DNA from: Balanoglossus misakiensis
Taxonomy: Eukaryota > Animalia > Hemichordata
Reading direction: 5' to 3'
NCBI GenBank assembly: GCA_040954595.2
Contig: CM082584.2
Location: 606,281 to 670,280 of the forward strand
DNA: 64,000 bases
The notes below the pieces were generated by a model. It made no database searches. It was given only the letters and a program-made list of their open reading frames with translations, and was not told the origin of the DNA. Made by a program: the position numbers and the translations under genes. Shown here in pieces: positions 51,426 to 64,000 of the stretch (its first letter is position 1; every line of letters begins with the position of its first letter).

Positions 51426-54400
51426 GGGAGTGAACTTTAATAAATGGGGTGAAAATCGGGTGTGATTTCAGATTGAGATCCAGGTTTAATGACACTTGTT
51501 TTTAATCGTTTATTTCTCCTTATATTTCATGTTTTCCCCCGACACAATATATATTTTCTGTTAGCTTTATAGGCCTACTTAATTTTCGGTTCTCTTTCTG
51601 TTTTGCGAAAATGCACAATTTTCAGTATGTTTACTCAAAGAATTGTAAATAAAAAGACAGTGCCTCCAGGTGATCGACACCTGGATATATTGGAGAAAAT
51701 AACTTACCATGGAATTTTGATATTCACTTATTCACTTTTGTTTTCGAACAATGAGACTTTTGAATTGCCAACTGTCAATTTTTTGCATAAAAACGATCAT
51801 AAATAGTACTTACTCACTGTGTTGTTATGTTTTAATGAAGTAGTATAATACTTGAGACTTGAGAACAAGCCATTTTAATCTAGAACGTTGTGCACGTTCA
51901 TAAATCGGGGGAGAATCGGGGAAAACGACACCATTACTGACAGAGTACAATATTGATTTGTTATACAGCAAACACGGGGCTGTTAATCCCCGACACTGAT
52001 AACTTCTCGAAATGACACTAATCCCGTTAAGTACACACTTAGCCCGTTAAGTACTAGTGTACACTTCTGAAAACCCATTTTTATCTTATTTTCTCACTCC
52101 TACAGTAACATGTTTTAGTAATTGTACATTTGGGGGTGTTTCATTGCTCTGTGCCCGGTAAATTAGTCTATGCCACGGAGCATGATGATCGGGTCCTGAT
52201 GGAAGCCATAGTTGACAATCATGCTGGAAGTCGCTTGACAAAGTATGCCTGTCAAACTTCCTGTTTTTGCTGCTAGCCTAACTTTCGAAAACTCAGATTT
52301 GCATATCTTGAAGTTATCCCCTGGGCTCCTGTGAATTGGTTACCAAACTTCAACACTAATCCGGTGACAATTAATCAGAAACGTTGGCTTCTCCAGATTT
52401 CTGGTAGGAAGCTACGGGGATGACAGTAGGAATAGTTTTGGTTTTAGTCCCAGCTTAGCTACTCGCTTCAGAGGGATGAAATGGTTCGATATGAACGGCA
52501 CTGTCCGCAGACAAAGCAGCGAAATGGGTTTTTCGAGCTTGACACTTTTATTTATACCACACTGTAATACGGAATGATCTGCAAGAAGTTTAAATGAAAT
52601 GTTAGAATACAGAATACACGATAGGGAAAGTACGGTACAAAAAACAGACTCTTACTTAGGCCTACCCCCACCCCCCTCAGGAGTTTACCACTCCAGTACC
52701 ACGCATAACCAGCTGGTACGCGCATGGTGTGAATAGGTGTGAATATTGGGACCAGGGTACCCCCCTGGCCTCATCATGTACTGGAGGTGTGAATCGGGAC
52801 CCCTCGAAATAAACAGTTTGTATATAGTCTCGGTCCCAGGTGTTTCTAGACTAAACCTCACAGGCACCTCCAGGACTAAACCAATGATGGTTATCTCAGG
52901 TGTTTGGAGCGAGTGTGCCTATACGTATAAATGACAAATTTGTACAATTATTTGCCCATTCTTTAACTCGTTTGATGGTTTCATTTAGTTCGTTACTCAT
53001 AGGAAAGTGATATTATTCACTAGATCTTTAGAATGAGACGTACATATACATTTGGGTTGCCGATTGGCTACACCTACCCCCCCCCCCCACACACACACAC
53101 ACATCTGGAACGGTCGAATCAGCTTCCGGTGGAAGGAAGCGAAATCTGTCTTTGCTGAAGGCGAAGGTTACTCCCGGCTGTTCACGTTCATACGTCAACA
53201 TCGCTACGCAAACGCTCACGCTCGCCATCGTTTACGATCGCATTTAACAGATATTTCTTGCATACCTACTTTTAGGCTGCATTCACAAACACCTCTGGAG
53301 GGGGGGGGGCGGGAGAATTCAATTTTTTTTACCGCTAATTTTCACATGCCCCCCTTCCAAACTGCCAATATTTTCAAATCCCCCCTTTCCGAACTGCCAA
53401 AATTTTGAAATCCCCCCCCCCCATTTTCTTTCACAGAGCAAAACACATCACCTATCTATCTTGTAAAAAGAAAAACAGCACTCCCATGAAAAGAATTTGA
53501 AACTGATATTTCCCCTCATCAGTGGGTATTAAAACTGAACATTGTTTTTATTTTTTAAGTACATATATTTGTATTCTGTGTTTGGAGACATTGTAAACCG
53601 ATAATTGAAGGGGGTGGGTTTGGGAGGGGGTGTCCCCCTCCCACGTAAGAAAATTTTCTAAAATACAGAGCTCAAAGCTGCATTTTAATGAACCCGGCAA
53701 AAGCAAATTAACTCCAACTACCGGTATGTTGGGGAGGACAAATTTAACCGTCGCCGCTCAAAGTTATCATGGGGTGGGGGCAAGTCCCCTGACCTGGGAC
53801 ACTAGATAAACCAGTCAATGATTGAAAGGTGTTGACTGAAAGTAGGGAGTTCAGAATCCAATATGGCGGCTACACGAACTGCCGTACACAGTAAAATATT
53901 CCGTAGTTCTAAAATGACAATTTCTCGCTCTGACAACTTGGCAAAGTAGCTCATTGAAGTTATTTTCTATAAGCTGAGTAATTTTATTCACGTAATATAT
54001 AGCATGCTGTGTTTTGTCTCCCTCGGGGAAACTTCCACTTGGGCCGACTGCACACAATCGTGGACGAGAGCCAATAGGTACTAAGCTTTGAAAGTAGTTT
54101 CAAATGATAGCCAATGAGATTAGCTGTAATATGATATTTTGAGCAATATTGACAGTTTTTGACCAAAATTCCATTAAAATTAGCGTATGCAGATGTGGAT
54201 ATCTGGAGAAGTAGTTGGCCGATTTGGATTTTTTTTTACTTCTTTAATGAAGATGCAAAAAAATATTTCATGAAAAAAATGAGCTATCATACAGATAAAA
54301 TTTTCACTGTACTCCCAACTGAAACACACCCCCTTCCAAATCCCCATGCGAACCAACTTGCTAATTGTTGTGACTTTTTTTGTAATTGTGCAAAGTTGCT

Positions 54401-55267
54401 GATTTGTCAACATTTTCGTTCTTTCCTTCTCGTGAAAAACTAAGTTAAACAACACCAAGTCCCTCTTTTGAAAGCTTGGATGTGAACTTTAAAAGCACAG
54501 GTTCGCACTTTCTTTTTATTTGTGTGCGACACTTATTAGCATAACAAACAGCAGGATGAGTATCACTTGTACTTGTAGTAGTTGTGTATGAAAGTCATAT
54601 GCAAATTATGCTGGCACTTTCTCAAATTGTCTCCACAATTCAGAAACAAAAATGATTAAGACTTTGGCACGAAGGTGTTATGAAAGGGGGCGTGGCGCAT
54701 CTGTAACATGGGCTTGTTTCTGTGTTCTAATAGTCTAGTTTACAATTTCTCAGTCTAAGTTTACTACTCTCAAATTATAGTTTCATAGCCTAACTTGTTT
54801 ACTACTCTCAAATTATTTAAAGTAGCTGATAAAGTGTCATGTTATATTTTTTCTTTCTTTCAGTGTATTTCCTGACCTGTAGTTTCCAGTGGAAAGGGTT
54901 TGGTTAAACGTTTGGCCGACTTGTCTTTTATATTTATAATCAGTGCAATTTTTATGTTTGTCAGTTTGTAATTCTACAAATTTTTGAGATACATATATTG
55001 TTTCCTCAACATCCCACAATACTTTTGTAAAAGTCATTTACTCTGTCAGTGTTTTAGTCTTCTCTATTGTGTTTTCTTAATATTGATGTAATAGTGGTAT
55101 CACTAACTTTTAATCTGTGACTATATATACTGACATCAGTTAAGTCTAACTGTTATTAATTGAATATTAATATTTTATCCTAATTTTGCTTGGACTAATA
55201 CATTGTTTACACTTTTTATAATCCTAACCAGAGATTGTGTTTTTATTTTTTATAAACCTAATCTTAG

Positions 55268-58200
55268 ATTAAAGCTGCAAGCAGCGTTGGCGGGGCACAA
55301 GCGGTTCCCATGGTAACCAGCAAATGCCAAGGCTGTATCTGCTGTGGATGCCAAGATATTGGAAAGTAGGTCAAAGGTCACCTGAGGTCACCCCAAATTT
55401 GGGCAAAAAAATCGGACCCCATACAAGTCTAGGTCCAACAAAAACAAGACCCCTAGCTCTATTGGTTCGCCTAGAATTAGGTATGTGCATAATTAATGAG
55501 GTCTTGTGTAAGACTCCATATGTGCTCCATCTGCCCCACAAAAGCCAGGACTCTAACTGCTGTGGATGCTGAGATATGGGAAAGTAGATCAAAGGTCATC
55601 CAAGGTCACCCAAAATTTGGGCATAAAATTTTGACCCCAGAGTGGGCCATGTCCAACTAAAACCAGACCTCTAGCCCTATTGGTTAGCCTGGAATTAGAT
55701 ATGCAGAAAAATGATGTTTCAGAAATAGGTCAAGGGTCATTGCCAAAATTACCAAAATATTTGTGTCATGTCCTGGCAGCATTGGTACCCATGTCCACAA
55801 AATTCATGACTGTGATGCTTTGACAAGAGGAGGTATGGGGAATATGCATATATAATTAGTTGTTTTAAACTGGGTCAAAGGTCATGTGAAAATTGCCCTG
55901 AAAAATTGTGACAACTTCCGGTCATATGATGACTCATATCCAAAAAAAGAATTTCCATGCTGTCATCATTTTGGCTACAAAACGGAATTATCACTTTTCA
56001 ATGGTTTTCCGAAAATCCAATATGGCCGCCATAATGATCGACCAATCACAGTGCGCTTCGCAAACTTGATAGACATAGGTTAGGTGACCACATATCCCAA
56101 ATCCCGAGACTCGGTAACCGCTGGTTCTGGAGAAGAAGATTTTTAAAGTTTAAAGTAGTTTTTCAGAAAAACAATTGTAGCAAAAAAACTTTATGTATGA
56201 CGTCATGATTTCAATGGGGTAAAATGATGGACAGAAGGTAGGCTACCTGCACACCAAATTTGAACTCGATCGGCCCAGTGGTTTTTGAGAAGGACTCATT
56301 TAACGATTTTCAGGAAATCCAATATGGCCGCCAGGTCACGTGACTAATTAAATATTCACGGGCCACTGCACGTCTACTCATTGGCCCCTACCACCCTACC
56401 AAGTTTCGGCCCCCTAGGTGCTGCCGTTTTCCAGATTTACAATGACATATTTCTCGGAAGAAGAAGAATAATAATTAAAGCTGCAAGCAGCGTTGGCGGG
56501 GCACAAGCGGTTCCCATGGTGACCAGCAAATGCCACGGCTGTATCTGCTGGGGATACCAAGATATGGGAAAGTAGGTCAAAGGTCACCTGAGGTCACCCC
56601 AAATTTGGGCAAAAATATTGGACCCCATACTAGTCTAGAACCAACAAAAAACCAGACCCCTAGCCCTATTGGTTCGCCCGCAATTAGGTATGCACATAAT
56701 TAATGAGGTATTGTGTAAGACTCGATATGTGCTCCATCGGCCCCCCAAAAGCCAGGACTCTAACTGCTGTGGGTGCTGAGATATGGGAAAGTAGATCAAA
56801 GGTCATCCAAGGTCACCCAAAATTTGGGCATAAAATTTTGACCCCAGAGTGGGCCATGTCCAACTAAAACCAGACCTCTAGCCCTATTGGTTAGCCTGGA
56901 ATTAGATATGCAGAAAAAATGATGTTTCAGAAATAGGTCAAGGGTCATTGCCATGGGAAAGTAGATCAAAGGTCATCCAAGGTCACCCAAAATTTGGGCA
57001 TAAAATTTTGACCCCAGAGTGGGCCATGTCCAACTAAAACCAGACCTCTAGCCCTATTGGTTAGCCTGGAATTAGATATGCAGAAAAATGATGTTTCAGA
57101 AATAGGTCAAGGGTCATAGCCAAAATTACCAAAATATTTGGGTCATGTCCTGGCAGCATTGGTACCCATGTCCACAAAATTCATGACTGTGGTGCTTTGA
57201 CAAGAGGAGGTATGGGGAATATGCATATATAATTAGTTGTTTTAAAACTGGGTCAAAGGTCATGTGAAAATTGCCCCGAAAAATTGTGACAACTTCCGGT
57301 CATATGATGACTCATATCCAAAAAAAGAATTTTCGTGCTGTCAACATTTTGGCTACAAAACGGAATTTTCATTTTTCAATGGTTTTCCGATAATCCAACA
57401 TGGCCGCCATAATGATCGACCAATCACAGTGCGCTTCGCAAACTTGATAGACATAGGTTAGGTGACCACATACCCCGAATCCCGTGACTCGGCAATCGCT
57501 GGTTCTGGAGAAGAAGATTTTTAAAGTTTTAAGTAGTTTTTCAGAAAAACAATTGTTGCAAAAAATCTGTATGTGTGACGTCATGATTTCAATTGGGTAA
57601 AATGATGGACAGAAGGTAGGCTACCTGCACACCAAATTTGAACTCGATCGGCCCAGTAGTTTTTGAGAAGGACTCATTTAACGATTTTCAGGAAATCCAA
57701 TATGGCCGCCAGGTCACGTGACTAATTAAATATTCACGAGCCACTGCACGTCTACTCATTGGCCCCTATCACCCTACCAAGTTTCAGCCCCCTAGGTGCT
57801 GCGGTTTTCCAGATCTACCTGGCCGAATTTCTCGGAAGAAGAAGAAGAATAATTAAAGCTGCAAGCAGCATTGTCCGGGCCCAAGCTCTATTATCTGATC
57901 AGATTATTAGATATGCACATAATTAATAAGTAGAAACATAATGCTGTGTTTTATCCCATGAAATATCAAGGTTATATCTATGTTTGGTGCTGATATAGTG
58001 TTAAGTAGGTCAAAGGTCACCCGAGGTCATCCAAAATTTGGGCAAAAATTTTTGACCCAATACTGGTCCATGTCCAACAGAAACCAAACCTCTAGGTCTA
58101 TTGGTTCATCTGTAATTAGGTATGCTAATATTTAATGAGGTCAGCAGAGGTCAAAGGGGTCATGAAAAGTAGCGAAATTTTTTGATCGCATACAAATCCA

Positions 58201-60692
58201 CATACATCAAAAACCAAAATCATAGCCCTATAGGTTAGCCTGTAATTAGATATGCAGAAAAAAATGATGTGTCAAAAGTAGGTCAAAGGTCATTGCCAGA
58301 ATTACCAAAATAGTTGGGGTAGGTCCTGGCAGGGATGATACCAATGTGCACAAAAATCAGAACTCTGGTACATTTAGAACACGTAGTATGAGCTATATAT
58401 GCATATATGCAGGTTCTTAAAAATGTAGGTCAAAGGTCATGTGACAATTTCCAAAATATTTGCAACATATTCTAGTCATATCACGACTCATATCCATAAA
58501 AAGAATTTGTATGCTATCTATTTTTAGACTAGAAAAATGATTTCTTAATTTTCGCTGGTTTTTACAAAATCCAATATGGCCGCCATAATGTTCGACCAAT
58601 CACAACGCTCTTCGCAAACTTGATAGACATCAGTTAGGTGATGTCATACCCTAAATCCCATGACTCGGTTATTGCCGGTTCTGGAGAAGAAGATTTTTGA
58701 AGATTTTACTGTACTTTTTCGAAAATCCAATATGGCGGCCAAAGTCACGTGACCGCTCAGGATTTTATTGTCAAACTTTGAAGGGCAGATGACATGTGTA
58801 CCATACACCAAATTTGAACTTGATTGGCCCTGTGGTTTTTGAGAAGAAGCCATTTAAAGATTTTCAGAAAATCCAATATGGCCGCCAGGTCACGTGACTA
58901 ATTAAATATTCACAAGCCACTGCACATCTACTCATTGACCTTGACCACTGTAGCAAGTTTGAGAAGTGTACCTGTAGCCGTTTCAGAGATCTAGGAGAGC
59001 AAAGATTGACATAAGAATAAAGAAAGAATTAAAGCTGCAAGCAGCATTGTCCGGGCCCAAGCTCTATTATCTGATCTGATTATTAGATATGCACATTATT
59101 AATGAGTAGAAACATAATGCTGTGTTTTATCGCATGAAATATCAAGGTTATATCTGTTTGGTGCTGATATAGTCTTAAGTAGGTCAAAGGTCACCCAGGG
59201 GTCACCCACAATTTTGGCAGAACATTTTGACCCATAGTGGTCCATGTTCAACAAAAGCCAGACCTCTAGCCCTTTTGGTTAGCCCGGAATTAGGTATGCA
59301 CATAAATAATGAGTTAAGCAGGTGTCACAGGTGACCCAAAACTTTGGCTTTTAATTATGGCCCTATGCCTCCAAACGTCAAGGCTGTATCTGCTGTGGAT
59401 GTCGAGATATGCAAAAGTAGGTCAAAGGTCACCCAAGGTCACCCAACATTTGGGCAAAATATTTTGACCCCATACTGGTCCATGTATAACAAAAACAAAA
59501 CCTCTAGGTCTATTGGTTCATCATTAATTAGGAATGTGCATATTTAATGAGGTCAGCAGAGGTCATGAAAAGTAGCAAAATTTTTTGATCACATACAAAT
59601 CAACATACATCAAAAACCAAACTTATAGCCCTATTGGTTAGCCTGGAATTAGATATGCAGAAAAATGATGCGTCAAAAGTAGGTCAAAGGTCATTGCCAA
59701 AATTACCAAAATATTTATAGCTAATTCTTGTCATATGATGATTCATATCCATAAAAAGAATTTCTGTGCTATCAATGTTTTGGCTAGAAAGGGAATTTTT
59801 ACTTTTTAATCGATTTTCACAAAATCCAATATGGCCGCCATAATCTTCGACCAATCACATTCCCCTTCGCAAACTTGATAGACATCTGTTTAATGACCAC
59901 ACACACAAAATCTTGTGACTCGGTTATCGCCCGTTCTGGAGAAGAAGATTTATGAAGTTTTACTATGGTTTTTCGAAAATCCAATATGGCCGCCATAATC
60001 TTCGACCAATCACAATGATCTTCGAAAACTTGATAGACATCAGTTAGGTGACCACATACCCCAAATGGCGTGACTCGGTTATCGCCGGTTCTGGAGAAGA
60101 AGATTTTTGAAAATTTGACCAGATTTCAGAAAAACAACTGTAGCAAAAAAACTGCAACATTGACAGCATAATATTCAATTACAAAAATGATGGGCATAAG
60201 GTATACTAGCAGCACACCAAATTTGAAGTCAATCTGACTTGTAGTTTCTGAGATCTGAGATTTGCATTTTTTCAGAAAATCCAATATGGCCGCCAGGTCA
60301 CGTGACTAATTAAATATTCACGAGCCACTTCACATCTACTCATTGGCCCCTATCTGCCTACCAAGTTTCAGCCTGGTTGGTGCTGCAGTTTTTGAGATTT
60401 AGGTGGCCGAAAAATGGAACCAAGAATAAAGAAGGAAAGAAAGAAAGACTGAAAAACCCCAACGAAACCAATAGGGCCCAAGCGCTGGTATGCGCTTGGG
60501 CCCTAAAAACTCCAACGAAACCAATACGGGCCCAAGCCTGGCTTGGCTTGGGCCCGTAATAATAATAAAGAAAAATTCCAACAATAACAATGGGGGCACA
60601 AGCCGCCTGAGGGCGCTTGTGCCCCCAATAAGAAAAATTCCAACAATAACAATGGGGGCACAAGCCGCCTGAGGGCGCTTGTGCCCCCAATA
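55268..60692. mobile_element. Cluster of four Helentron-associated-like (HINE/DINE-type) non-autonomous elements of two subfamilies
   Basis: Shared start attaaagctgcaagcagc at 55,268, 56,474, 57,852 and 59,028; degenerate internal core repeats; (aag)/(aat) microsatellites; four terminal hairpins at 60,472-60,689 whose arms match the start sub-terminal motifs ggggcacaagc and gggcccaagc. Confidence 0.75.
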
Positions 60693-60741
60693 ATTATTTT
60701 TTGTGCTTTTCCATAATAAAAGTGTTGCTTTTTTTCCTGAT

Positions 60742-63676
60742 ATGGATAATTCTGATAATCTAACTGTTGATCATTTCATGGAATGCACATTTACAGAGCA
60801 GGAGAAATTTCTAGGCCACAGAGGGATACGAGCAGATGATAAACAGGAGCAGCTGGCTGAAAACGAAGAAAAATGTACAGATGAAGAGTCAGACGTCAGA
60901 ACAGACTGTTGGAGTTCCACGAGCGATTGCGGAACTGGTACCAGCATAGCCAGTTTTTGCCCAGGTCACCAAAACATTGTCAACTCGGACAGCATTCCTG
61001 AATGCTCCCGTCCTGCCTCCTTGGTCGCAGCCACTCTTTCTACTGCAAGCAGTTACACAACAACAACAATAGCAACACATGCATTCTCAAGTGATGAGCC
61101 TGGCGAGCACAGTTCTGCAGATGGTGTCGTTGCCGAGAAGATGGAAAAAGACAGTGACGTGTCGCCTCCAAGAAAAAGATATCGTCGTTGCAGTCGCCGA
61201 ATTTCCCAGCCATTGCGCAATTATACAACTGTTTACAATATTCGTTGTTGTGACTCGAAATGCCTTCACTCATTCTCACCAAGCGAGCTGCGTGAAGAGG
61301 AGATGATGTTTAAAGACCTTGGCAATGAGTCGAGACAAAAACAGTTTATTATTGACACTCTCCGCCAGTTTTCTTCATTCACCTACTCAAAGAACAGAAG
61401 AAAGGCCATTGTCACGGACCTCAAAGTGCTTGGTAAGAAAACATGTGAACAAGCATGGCGTGAAATCTATAATGTTAGTGAGAAAAGATAAGAAGATTGT
61501 GTCAGACTTTTCCGTGACGGCAAGGTGAACATTGTACATGGCAACACACATATGAAAAGGTCAGCAGCCAAAACTGAGAGAGCCTTGTCGTGGATGCGGT
61601 TTTTATTTGAGCGAATCGGTGATTGGATGCCTCATAAGACTCAGGTAGGTTATTTCAAATCCTTATTTTAATTGAAGTTTCAAAGCTTCAACTCATGTCT
61701 GACAAACTTTGCACCAGTAACAAGGTGTGTCACATCTTTTTGAAAGTGTGAATGATCTGTGTAATACAGATGGAATACAGAAATAATCTTTACCAGATAT
61801 AATCAACCGATTGAATTGACCAATTTAGCTGTGATTTGAGAATTGTAGGGCCTTTGTGATCAGTTTAGGACCAACATCTGCGGTACTGTTTGTTTGTGTG
61901 CGAGTCCCTTCACTACAAAAACATGAGAACCACCTCATGTGTCAAGTCATGTTGTATTCATAGGGTGATGCGTCCTGGACTTGCCCTTGATATCATCCTC
62001 TGCTCATGAACACATTTTGTGTTTATAAACAACGAGTTTGTAACTTATGTTTGTACTGTACATGTTATCATTTATCTAGGTACATTTGCCAACATCATCT
62101 TCAAAGAAACTATTCCATAAAAGAATGCTGAAAGAGTTTGAGGAAGACTTGGGTATCAAGAAGGACGACAACATTAAATATGAGTATTTCACAGAAATAT
62201 GGCAGAAACACCTGCCAGAATTTGTCATTCCAAAGGTTAGTAGGAAACATTTGGAGGAAATTTGTCATCAGTTGCATATGTGTCAGGACTAATTTTCAGA
62301 TGATGCTTTTTAAAAGTTCTTTCTGATTGAAGCTAGTCGATAGTTCAAGAGGGCATCAACAGATGCTGACCAGAGGGGGGGGGGGGGGGGTGTTTAGGGC
62401 AACTTTTGTCATTTTCAACCTAAAACATGCAACCACCAATTGGGCATACTTTCTGCTATATAGTACTTAAATTGCTTTGCTGTCCTATTTTAGAGGTAAT
62501 TAGATCAGCAGTAGACCATATGTATCAAAGAAAGTTAACATTCTTGATTGTATCAATGAATAGATCAAGTGTAAATAATGTATCATTGATGTGATTTTTT
62601 TTCTGATTTTACAGCGTCAAGAATTTGTGAAATGTAGCATATGTGTTCAGCTGAAGGAGGACCTTGCTCGGGCAAGAACAGCAACGGAAAGAGAGAAGAT
62701 AAAGAATTTGATTGACACACATGTGCAGCAGGTTGAGTAAGGATACAGTTTGGGGAACTAAAAAAAACTAGATTGTGTATGAAAATGTAATCGGACAAGC
62801 TTGACAAATGTCTTTAGAAATATTTTTTATTCAGTTTTAATTGAGAAGTACCGGTATGCTTTCATGACGATTTGATAGAATGGACTATAATTAACCCCTG
62901 AACATCTCTTTAATGTTACAGACCAGCTCATGAGTTTTTCTGAAATAGTCACTTTTACTAAAATGGACTGTTTTCATTACCGTAGGGTGTAAATGCAGGT
63001 TTAACTCAATGAAAAATATGTATGTTGTGTACACAATTATATTTTCATTGTTTCTTTACAGGATTGAAAGACGGGTGTACCACAATACACGAGAACAAGC
63101 TAGAAAAAGAGGCAGATGAAGTAATGTGTATAATCCAAGATGGCATGGACCAAGCAAAAACCTGTATTCCCCATCTTGTTGAGAATGACAAGTTGACTGC
63201 ATGTCTTGCTCGTATAAGACTTCATCTTACTGGTAAGATAAGATTTTAGAAGGGTTGGTTGGCCATGGCATCTGTATGTTTTCTTTGGTTATGTGTACGT
63301 CAGTCAAATGACACATCATGAGGTTTTGTTGTGCAAATGTACCCCACTGTGTTACACATGAATTATTGTCAGTCAATTATCTTTTGCTCCGTTTGTTTTT
63401 TACTGAACACCTACACATTCATATTTTTACATTTTAGGAAATATCATTCACACAAATGTACCAGGGGGCAAGATAGTGCCAGCGTATTTGGATGTACTGA
63501 ACTTTCCACATGACAGCAATCTGTCGATGAACCTCCTTTTGCAGACTTTAGTAGACAACAAAGTCAGACTATCAAGGAGATTGTTTGCCCAGATGGACAA
63601 TTGTTACCGGGAGAACAAGAATAGATACATGCTGTCTCTTGGACATCTTCTGGTTGAGTTGAACATATTTGACCAG
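60742..63676 (+). pseudogene. Spliced DDE-type transposase (DUF7869/Sola-like), disabled; likely continues past the window
   Basis: Exons 60,742-61,644, 62,080-62,235, 62,615-62,736, 63,062-63,232 and 63,438-63,676 with GT-AG ends; motifs HGN..WM..F..IGDWMP, FVKCSIC, IIQDGMDQAKT, QMDNCYRENKNRY; in-frame TAA at 61,489-61,491 and an extra A in the run at 63,104-63,108. Confidence 0.78.
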
Positions 63677-64000
63677 GTAATAATTTATTTACTTCATGTA
63701 CAGTTGCATGCAAACTGTACCATTACTATATTGTTGGTCAATTACATTGCATATCGTTTGTCCCCATTGTTTAATTTCTGTCCATTTGGGTATGAGGAAT
63801 TGCCACAGGTTGTTCACTGAGGTCAGTCATCAGGTGATTCTGCATGATTCAGTATAGTTATTTAGACAAACAGGTCACAATGTGTAACATGAATAGAGTA
63901 AACTTATTTTCAAAAGTTAGAGCTGCTATCCTTTTAAACTTGATGTAAACTGGACTCGGGGTTTGTTCATGACAGATCAAATCCTTTCAAATGAACAAAA

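Noticed and set aside
53028-53228. Minus-strand ORF MASVSVCVAML.. as an upstream exon of the ParB-like gene
   Set aside because: No convincing donor or motif, it runs into a (GT)n/G tract, and the gene already has a good start at 50,417.
53272-53425. tta-GGCTGCATTCACAAACAC start resembling a Harbinger-type MITE terminus
   Set aside because: No matching opposite terminus found in the window.
55324-60690. Short ORFs within the Helentron-like cluster
   Set aside because: Non-coding repeat bodies; frames are not conserved between copies and no Rep or helicase motifs are present.

Overview
Eukaryotic (animal, probably marine invertebrate) repeat-rich DNA with no recognisable housekeeping gene. 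Positions 3.3-44.0 kb are a tandem array of a composite ~1.9-kb unit: ~0.9 kb of AT-rich degenerate ~330-bp repeats, a ~0.2-kb GC-rich spacer with a poly-G/C tract, and a variable block of 81-bp A/B monomers. The array flips orientation at ~9,289, so 1-19,134 is a giant imperfect palindrome. Each arm carries the same 5'-truncated L1/Tx1-clade LINE at the same site; the + copy has an intact ORF2, a poly-A tail and a 17-bp TSD. The array also holds a 5'-deleted BEL/Pao LTR retrotransposon (32,053-37,902) and a 945-bp insert ending in a strand-specific hairpin with GA/GA mismatches. Beyond the array lie a hand-assembled 8-9-exon minus-strand gene (ParB/Srx-like domain followed by a degenerate amino-methyltransferase-like region, apparently cut off by the array), a palindromic MITE, four Helentron-like non-autonomous elements nested inside one another, and a spliced, doubly disabled DUF7869/Sola-like DDE transposase on the + strand. 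The best candidate for a new system is the divergent pair of ParB/MTase-like gene and transposase as one giant DNA transposon. Domain calls come from motifs read by eye; no searches were run.
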